DNA of 64,000 nucleotides, taken from assembly GCA_964642015.1 (NCBI GenBank), contig CAZXLF010000001.1:43946-107945 (forward strand), written 5' to 3'. The notes beneath the pieces were generated by a model that saw nothing but the letters and a program-made list of their open reading frames with translations, was not told the origin of the DNA and ran no database searches. This document shows positions 39,301 through 48,300 of this stretch, piece after piece. Numbering within the stretch: the first letter of the stretch is position 1; every line of letters begins with the position of its first letter. This DNA is from an uncultured Planctomycetia bacterium (lineage in GTDB: Bacteria > Omnitrophota > Gorgyraeia > 2-02-FULL-51-18). Made by a program: the position numbers and the translations under genes.

Positions 39301-42300
39301 AAACCCGTAAGACGCGTTTGGGCCGCAGCGGCATCTTATTCAGAGATGGTTTGCCGGTCGTTTTGGAAATAGGGAATACAGAATATTTGATCAGTCTAAA
39401 AGGCGCTGGCACTCCTGAAGCAGAATTTGTGATAGAAAATGGCGTGCTTGCAGGCGGGATGTCTAAATATCACGCTAACTATGAGATTAAAAACATGGAT
39501 TCAAGGCCGGATATCGTGGATCGCGTTCAGGCAGCAGGGAGTCTTTCGTTCAACGGCCGAGTGGCAAATTTACCTGTTCCATTCGATATGGGGCAGGCTG
39601 TTTCTTTTGTCCCAGGCAGTCTTCGTTCATCGTTCATGAATAATAAATCTCTGCCTCAGATCAAAACTGAAGAGCAAGCCAGACAGATTGCGCAAGAGAT
39701 CGGGCGACTTGTAGTGGAAGGAAAGATTCCGCTGACGCACGCTGAAAATTTCATCACCGTAGATAAGGGATCTAAGTTGGTGATCACGGATTACTCAGAC
39801 ATTCATCTTATTGAGGATTTTCCGTTGGTGTTGGAAGGGCGCGAATACAGTCCGATCGAAGCCATCAGAGCCAGTGTGCAAACGATTACGGAATTACCAA
39901 TGTATCAAGATTATGGCCCTGCCTATTTTAACGTGTTTCTGGAAGGATTGGCGGAAGGCCTGGCCGAGAGTGGGAAATTGAGCGAAGACCAACGAAAGCA
40001 GCTTTTTGCTTCGAGGAATTTTGAACAACTAGCAGATTTTCTCTGGACGAACTATTTGGTCACAGATTATGTGAGATCGCGGAAAGAAAGAGCATGGATC
40101 CCTTCGGCATTTTCACCTTTCCAACCCAAAGAAGGCGAAGATATTATTCAGGGGTATATCAAGTACACGCAGGGTCAGGCTCGAGCGGTATACTCCGCTC
40201 TAAAAGACCGCGAAAGATCTTTGGAGTTATTACCTAAGAATGAATTGGTCGAGCAGGAGCTTCAAAGGACCCAGAGCGATATTCAGGCGTTTGAGTTCAC
40301 GAATTTCGAAATAAGGAAGATCATCGCTTTGATGCTGAAAAAGATGACGCAGAATGAAGTATTCGCGAGAAATCTTCTTGAGAATCCCGAATTCATGGTT
40401 TTTGCGCTTTCGACTTACTATGGATCGGACTACAGAAGATTTATTACGGGCTATTTGAGCAATCCTAATTACCTGAATTTACTTAAGGCTGACATCGGTT
40501 ACCGCCTATCGACTAGCAATGGCGCTCGTTTAGCGGACGAAAATAGTGCGGCCTACGAACTTTTGTCCGCAATCGGTTTGCGGGATGTCCGTTTCTTCAG
40601 CAAGATCGGCATTGATCTTCGAGAAGGTCCTGAAGGAACGGCGATCCAACGAATCCGCATTCCCGAACAAACTTTCAAGGCGCCGATTCCCGAAGGGTTG
40701 GACATCTTGCGGCAAGAGCTGGCTGATACGAGGGAATTCGACCTGATCTACAATGATGAAGCGGAAGTGATCGCGATATTTCCTGCTCCTACCGATGAAC
40801 TGAAAAAGGTCTTGGAGAAATCGAAAGTCCAGCCTCAATATTTTGACTTGAGTCATTTTAATTTTGAGATCCCTAGGCTTGATGATAAAGAAGCGGAGAA
40901 AAAATGGTCCAATTTTGCAAAGAAGTGGGAGAGAGACCAAAAGGCGATCAGTGAATATAAGAGGCAATATGGAGGCGAATTTTCTTTTGGTGATGCCGGA
41001 AGTCGTTCCAGACCGTTCGTCTACGCAGCTCTGGACCAGCAAACCGGAGAGATGGATGCCAGAGAATTCCCTCCGAGCAATTTCAGCTATATTCTTGAAA
41101 CGTCTAAAAAAGCGGCCGGCAAACATCAGATCATATTCCCGGTTTATCCGACCGTTTATTCACCGGCGGGCGGGAATCTGGCCAGTGATATTCATTATTT
41201 TACCGCGATCTCTAAAGATGAAAAGTTCAACCTGAAAGAAAACGACGAATTATTAGTTGTAGGGCCCGGTTCCGGCATCGATGCGTGGGCAGCTTCGTTC
41301 AAGACGAAAAATAAGATCTACGCTATTGGGATAAGCCCGTTAGAAATTGCGAATTTGCGTGCGACGCTTAAGATAGCCGGTGCGGATTTTGAGGCGACGG
41401 CTCACGATAATATTATTTCAAGTGAAGGCAAACCCGCGTTTGAAAAACGTTTCGATAAGGTGATGTGGAATGCGCCTTATTACGATGATCTTGTTAAACA
41501 GCCGAGACAGTTCAAGCATTATTGGGACGGAGACTTTGAAGCCCGCTCACTCAGACGTTTCGCAGAAGGATTGCCCAAAGTTGTTAAGCCTGGCGCCGAC
41601 AGCAGAGTGCTTTTATGGGGCAGGGCTTATCTTATTCAGCCCGTCGCTTCTTTGCAATACCCTCACAGTGGTTCCGTCGATCTTTTTGAGGAGACATTGA
41701 GGACAGAAGGTCAATTCAACGTTGTTACGAGAAGTCTTTCAGATATAAGAAGCAAGTTCAACTATCGTTTAAATGTGTCCAAAGAGTACTTTTTGGATCA
41801 CGCCGCCGGCGAACGTGTCGGCGCCTCAACGGCTATCTATGTGGTCTCCGGTTTTGAAAATACAACAAGTCAACCATCATCTTTGGCAGCTCAGGCAGTT
41901 GAGGTGAAGACAGATCAAGCGCTGAGAAGCTTGAATACTTTGGCGGATCTGTTGAACAGCGGGTACCGGACTTCAGCGGCTATTCCGCCCGGCACACTAA
42001 TCAAACCAATAAGCGATCTTGAGCCGGATATCACGGAGCCGATATTCCGTATCGCAGAAACTTTTGATAATCCAAACAAAGCTGACCAGGTTTCTCGCAT
42101 TGATCGGGCTGTCGCGTCGATCAATAGAGAGATCAAATCTTTGGGTTTGGCTTTACGTTTTGACGCGGGAGCCGGGAAACCATTTATTGTTGAAAGGTCA
42201 AGCACCGCATCATCGCCTCAAGGCACACGGCTTGCGGGCGGACTTGCTCCGCGTGACGAAGGTTTAGAGCGGCATAATGCGGATAAAAGAAAGTATTTGG

Positions 42301-45300
42301 CGAACACGGATAATGTTGCTGCGGCATTGCTAAAATATATAGCAGGCGATCGTGACAAAGTGACCCGTATCGTCTATCCGGCAGCGCATTACGATCAATT
42401 GGCTGTATTGAGTTTGGTCAAGCTGTTTCCGAATGTGCGTCAAGTCGTGGTCATCTCGCTTTATGGTGTGAATGGTCCTGAGGGTTTAAAAGATCTTCAA
42501 AAGCGCTGGACGCAAGGTTTCTTTGAGAGAGCCGAGCGGATAGGATTGAACGCAGAAGAACTTAAGAAGAACATCGAAATCAAGATCGTCGATCAGGATT
42601 ATAACCTCGCCGCAGAAGTTGCTGCCACACGCCCCCCGGAGGGTTTGACGGCCATTATTGATAAATATCCCGGGAGAGATTCCTCTCTAAGGGCAGACCC
42701 TCGTTTTCGCCGATCCATATTGAGAGATACTAGGCCCGGAGACCTGATCTTTTCGTTGAGAGATAATCTAGTGCCCGGTTTAAATTGGTCGGACAAGCCT
42801 ATCGCAGAGAACCTGAGCGTCCCATTTCTTTATGAATCACAGAACAAGTGGAGCATTACCAGATTTTCTGAAAAAGATTATGAAACGCCGGCCGGCGCCC
42901 GTCTTGCGCAAGCAAAACCTCGCTATCTTCATTGGGATAACGTGATGCGTGATCTGGTCGTGCAGGATACGGATCTGCAGGGACAATTAGTGGCGGAGCT
43001 TGAAAAGGAAAAAGCGCTTTATGATAGGAGCGTTCGTGAGGGGATTCCTTATTCAAAGAAGAAGCTTTTTGTCATCGGCGCAGGAGCCGGCCGCGCACTT
43101 TATGACTTATGGACGCGTTACGGAGCGTTTCTTGAGTTTACCGTTATTAACAAGGAACCGCTTGAAGAGATCAATGCTCCTGAAAATGTTTTTCTTGATT
43201 CGGTTTTAAGCGCTTATCATGGTAAAGGCAGGTCAGATGAAGAGATTGCGCGATCCGTTAAAGAATTCCGTTCTTTCTACGCGCAAAATGCAAAAGCTTT
43301 AGATATAGAAAGCAAAGCAGTTAACGGAAAGTATCATTATGTATTGCTTTCATCGGCCGTGATGCCTTATCTGCAAAATAAACTTAAAACGGTCAATAAT
43401 CTAAAAAATATGCTTTATGCGGGCGGAACCGCTTTTGTTTCGGACTTCGAAGGCGTTGTTTTTGATGATAGATCATTTACTCCAGGTTCGTTTTTCGCGT
43501 CGTTGAATCAGCAAGAAGCCGTTTTGTTGGGGCTTGAACGACCGCAGTACAATCTGTTGGAAGGAAAAACGCCGGCGCTTATCGTGAAAAATCTCAAACC
43601 AAATGAAGACTTGCCCGTGCCGAATTTAGTTGAAGCGAGAAAATTGGAAGAACCCGGTTTTCCCGCACATTATGATTCTATTTACTCGGTCCGTTCTGCG
43701 CAATCGCTTTTGGGATTTGTTTCTTCGGGAGCACGGTTGGCTTCGGCAGAACAAGAGGCGACCGTAACGGCGGAACAAGGCATTCATTTCAGACCGCTTG
43801 CGGATATTGCGCAAGTGGCTCAATGGTTGAAACAAGACAATGGAGTCACTCTTTTCATCAGGAAAGCCGATCAAGCCAAATTTTCGCAGGCCGAAAGCAT
43901 GGTGGCGATGCTGGCATTTGGCGCAAATAAGGACGAAAAGATCATCGTAAGGGGTGAAGCGCCAGAAGGTGTTTCCGGGGAAAAATTAAGCGAAGCCGTT
44001 GAGGTTTTATCTGCGCTGATTCGATCGAAAGATATCGGAAGCATGGCGATCGACATGTTTCGGTTCAACTACAAACAGAGGATATTGGAAAATGCTCGAA
44101 ATGAATCGGGCGCGCGGCTTTCCGCAGAGGATACTAGGTCAGTCGTTCTAAATAAGGCGCTGCGCAATTTGGTCCAGCATGTGATCAATAGCAGAGCCCA
44201 AGCGCTGCAGACTTACTCCAATCCCGGCATTAAACGAGCGTCGGATGAAATATCCGCTGAAATACTTAGCCAAGTCAATGAGGCTCGTGTTCAACTGGCA
44301 GATCTTGCCGAGGTCTTTAGGCCGGCATCACGAAGGCCGCTATTAATTTTAAGGACCGAAGGCGAACCGCCGGCCATTTTTGTCAAGGGGCGCACGCCGG
44401 GGTTTGAAGGCAAAACCGGCGAAGAAATTTCCAGAGCAGAGCTGAACCGAGCGGTTGACTTACAGGCTGTTGAAGAGATATTGAGCCAGGGTCTTTCGGA
44501 ATTCGATAAAACGGCGGAGCCTTTGATGGCCGAGCTCCAAACAAAACCAGCCGATCTCACAGATGCGAGAGGTCATGCATTTGTGTTAGTGGACATCTTG
44601 GTGAATATTGTCGATCGCATCAATCAGCACACGACTGATCGGCAGAGCGGGCGATCTTTTATTTCACAGTCTGTCCAGGATGTTCTAAATGATGAGTTAA
44701 ACGCCCAAATCGCGCCGGAGGTGCCGAGGTCTTTTATTTTCAAAATAGACTCTGCCGGTGTGAAAAATGCGTCACAGGAAATGAGCGATAAGCATCAACA
44801 TCGGCTACAGAACAAAAATTGGAAAATAGTTGGTACGGGTATTTCAGGTTTGATCTCTGAGGAACAGGTGGAGACGTCGATGCCTTTATTAACCACATGT
44901 TTGACATGTCCTGCGGTCTATATTTATAACACAGAAACCAGGGAGACATACTATGCACACTCGCTTGGTTATGATTTTAGAGTTTTGCGGGCGACGTTAA
45001 ATGATGCGAAAGAGCGTTTTCAGAAGAACAAAGATAAAGTGGTGGTGTTCGTAGGTGGTAATACATTAACGACTGTTGCTGGGGTGGGATGGACAGAATC
45101 AACTTTGAAAGAAAGACAGGCTATTGTGAAGGAAATTTCAGACGCTGGATTTAAGCCGATCGTGGCTTTTCCGCATTTCTCTGGATTAGCGATAGAGCCT
45201 TATTTCGATGCGGCCGATGGTATCTTGATTATTCAAGAATACAATGCTTTCACGGGGCCGGGATACGGCTTGTCCGAAGATAGGTTTTTGGAATTTTTGC

Positions 45301-48300
45301 GGTCAGGTGCACGGCTTTCGCAAAGCGATATTACGCTTCAACAAGAACTCCGGAATTTCCATGTAGAGTCAAACGATAAAAAAGTGGATTATTCTAAAGT
45401 AAGTCCCGAAGCGACTTGGGTCATGCACGGAATAAGAGACGTAGAACGAGGCGTGATCATCACGGATATGGCTCAATCGCCTGAAGTCTCGTTGAAATAT
45501 CCTTTTGGAGAAAATTTACCGGTTGTAGCGCCGCCTGGTGAGAATTCGGCCGGAGTTTTTCTCAATATCGCTGCGATAAACAATATTTCACAGCCGGTCG
45601 TTATTAAAAAGTTTCTCAGCGGCTCGACGAACGCATTCATCCGGCGGGAAATCATCAATTCCCAAGTGTTGGATCGTTTAGGTGTGGGTCCTCGTTTTTA
45701 TGGCGTCGTCAGAAATGGTTCAGGAGCGATTGTTGGGTATGCCATGCAAATAGTGAAAGGTGAGTATGTGAATGGGTTATTGGTGATCGGCAAAAAACAT
45801 CCAGATGTTATCGAGATCCGGAATAGACTCGAGGGGATCGGTCTGTCATCAGTCACAGATTATATTCATACACCTTCGGACCGTTATATTGTGATCGACG
45901 CGGGAAGTGTGGAACCGCTGGATGTTTTTGACAATGGAAAATTCGAAGAATTCATTAGAGAATCTTCCGGCGCCCGACTGTCTTCGCAGAAGAAATGGTA
46001 TCAGGAGGAAGTTCACGAAAAGCTCGACTCGAAACTTGTGATGAGCAATTTGGAAAGGATCCGCGCGATCTTGGGAACGATCCTGCATCAAATCAGCAAT
46101 CCTGATCAATGGCTCGAAAAAGAGCATTTGGAACCGGTAGTGATCCGTCAATATGGCCGTGCGATTAAGAGGTTCAACGACGTGGTTTTAAACAAAAAGC
46201 ACATGACAGTGTTGCAACTCGAAAAAGAATACAAACATCTTCATGCGCTATTGGGTGAGAAGGGCTATATTCGTAGCCCGGGCGATTATGTCTCTGTCAA
46301 TGAGCAGGATGTGAAGGAGTTATTTGAGTATCTTTTTTCTGAAAGCACCGAGCAAAAGATCAAAGTAGATGAGGCAGGCGCGATTGATGTGGCGGCACAC
46401 GTCTATGTGACCCTTGTGAATCTCCAGCCTTTTTATGACGGGAATAAACGGACAGCAAGCCTCATTATGAATTATGTCTTGATGAAGTCTGGATACACAC
46501 CATTCATTCTTAATGAAGACAATGTCGTGCGCTATGCGGAGATCGTATACCCGGTCAATGAAGAAAATAAGATCTCAGAAAGTGCATTCAGAGAATTTTT
46601 GGAAAGTCAGGTTCAGATCTCAGGCGCGCGGTTAGCAGCCGCACCGATTCATGACAATGAAGCACAAAGGTTGAGAGACTATTTAACTCAAGCACATTCT
46701 GTTTCGACGGTCAATTTGGCCCACACGATCGATAAAAATAATGTTTTGCAGGCATTCCATAACGGTCAAACGTTGGAATTGGCGCTCAATGATGTTTACA
46801 GGCGCGGGCAAAATAATTACTTATTGATCCGCGAAGCGTTGGATCAGATCTCCGGTACGCTTGCGGGTTTTCCGGAAGAAAAGCAGGTGATCTTGGAGCT
46901 TCTCACGAATGCTTTCGCGCATGGTAATAAGCAAAATCGGAACTTGCCGATATTTGTCCGCGCGGATTTTGGCGTGTCCGGTGAGATCCGGAATATCGAA
47001 GTGTTTGATACAAAATCGAATGCAAATGTGAGCCCGCAAGAGATACAAGCCGTAAAAGACGCTGGTATTGCATTTGCAGGCGAAGGTATTTCGAATATCG
47101 CTCAGCATGGGTTCTTTTATCAAAGGCAGGATTTGAAGGGAGATAATATTGTGATCGGGACCAAAGCCACTGCGACAAGGCGAGAGCAAACGGCTCCAGC
47201 TAAAGTTGATTCAAGTGCAAAACCGGAAGAAGAATCCGCTTCGAGCTTTGGGCAAACTTTTGGTGCAAGGTTGGTCAGTAAAACCAGCGCTTCACCATCC
47301 GAAGAGATATCGCATCCTGTCATTCGAAATTTATTCCTGGGCATTTTGTTGGAACGTGCCGAAAAGGAAGCGGGCGAAAAGCTGAATTTATTGGGCGATC
47401 AGGGCATTTTGACATTTACAGTGCAGCCGCTGAAAGGTCGCGAAAATGAATACGCACAGATCAATTTTCTCGCGGGAGTCGATGCGGCGTCGCCTGTGGT
47501 CCATTCCGAGATCATCACCCAAGCCGAACTGAATGCGTTCAGAGAAGCGCAGAAGAAGATCGAATTGGGCAGATCTTTACAAAAGACGGAAGTGGCCAAG
47601 ACAGAACTTTTATCCAAAATATCTCAAACACCCGCTGTTCAATTACTCTCTTCCGAAAATGAGATTAAGGCGGTTACTTTTGAAGAAAACCGCCAGATGC
47701 GCGTCTTCGACAATGCCGCGAATGTCATTTTGTCCAAAATCGGCAAATCTTCTCTTGAGGGTATGCTTGAGGTTAATGTGGATAAATTGAACGTGGCCAA
47801 TGCATCCGAAGTCACAAAGACGTTTGAACAGAATGTCGAGATTCTGGCCATTGCGATCACCGCCATTAAATCTGACGCGCGTTACAAAGATGTTAAGCTC
47901 CATTTTTACAGCGCTTCTAAAAACGAGGCTTTAATGGCTCATGTCAGCTCGATTACTAATCTTTACCGGTATCAATCAAGCGAAAATGAGGTGCGTGCTG
48001 CGCTGAAGGTCAGGATTACCGGCTTGGATGATATCGTCAAAGACATCGGTTATGCCAACATCGCCAATGCCGAAAAAGGTTATTTGCTGCCGATCAGGCC
48101 GATCGTTCATTACGCTATTTATCTTTTGAGTCTTAAGAATCTTTCGCAGGCGACTCCTTTGGATGTACGCGAATCGGTGATCCAGGAAGTCCGCCGCTTG
48201 TCGGGCAATTTCACGGACAAGGACCTCGAGAAAGAGAATATATTGGGCTTTGCGCTTGGTATCATCAATGATGTCAATAAGAGCGTTGCGGACAGATTTA

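Noticed and set aside
45595-45900. Calling module 33 (VVIKKF...E...HTPSDRYIVIDAG) a protein kinase
   Set aside because: Only an N-lobe-like VAIK/Glu pattern is visible. No HRD or DFG catalytic motifs could be found by eye, so it is left as a low-confidence remark.
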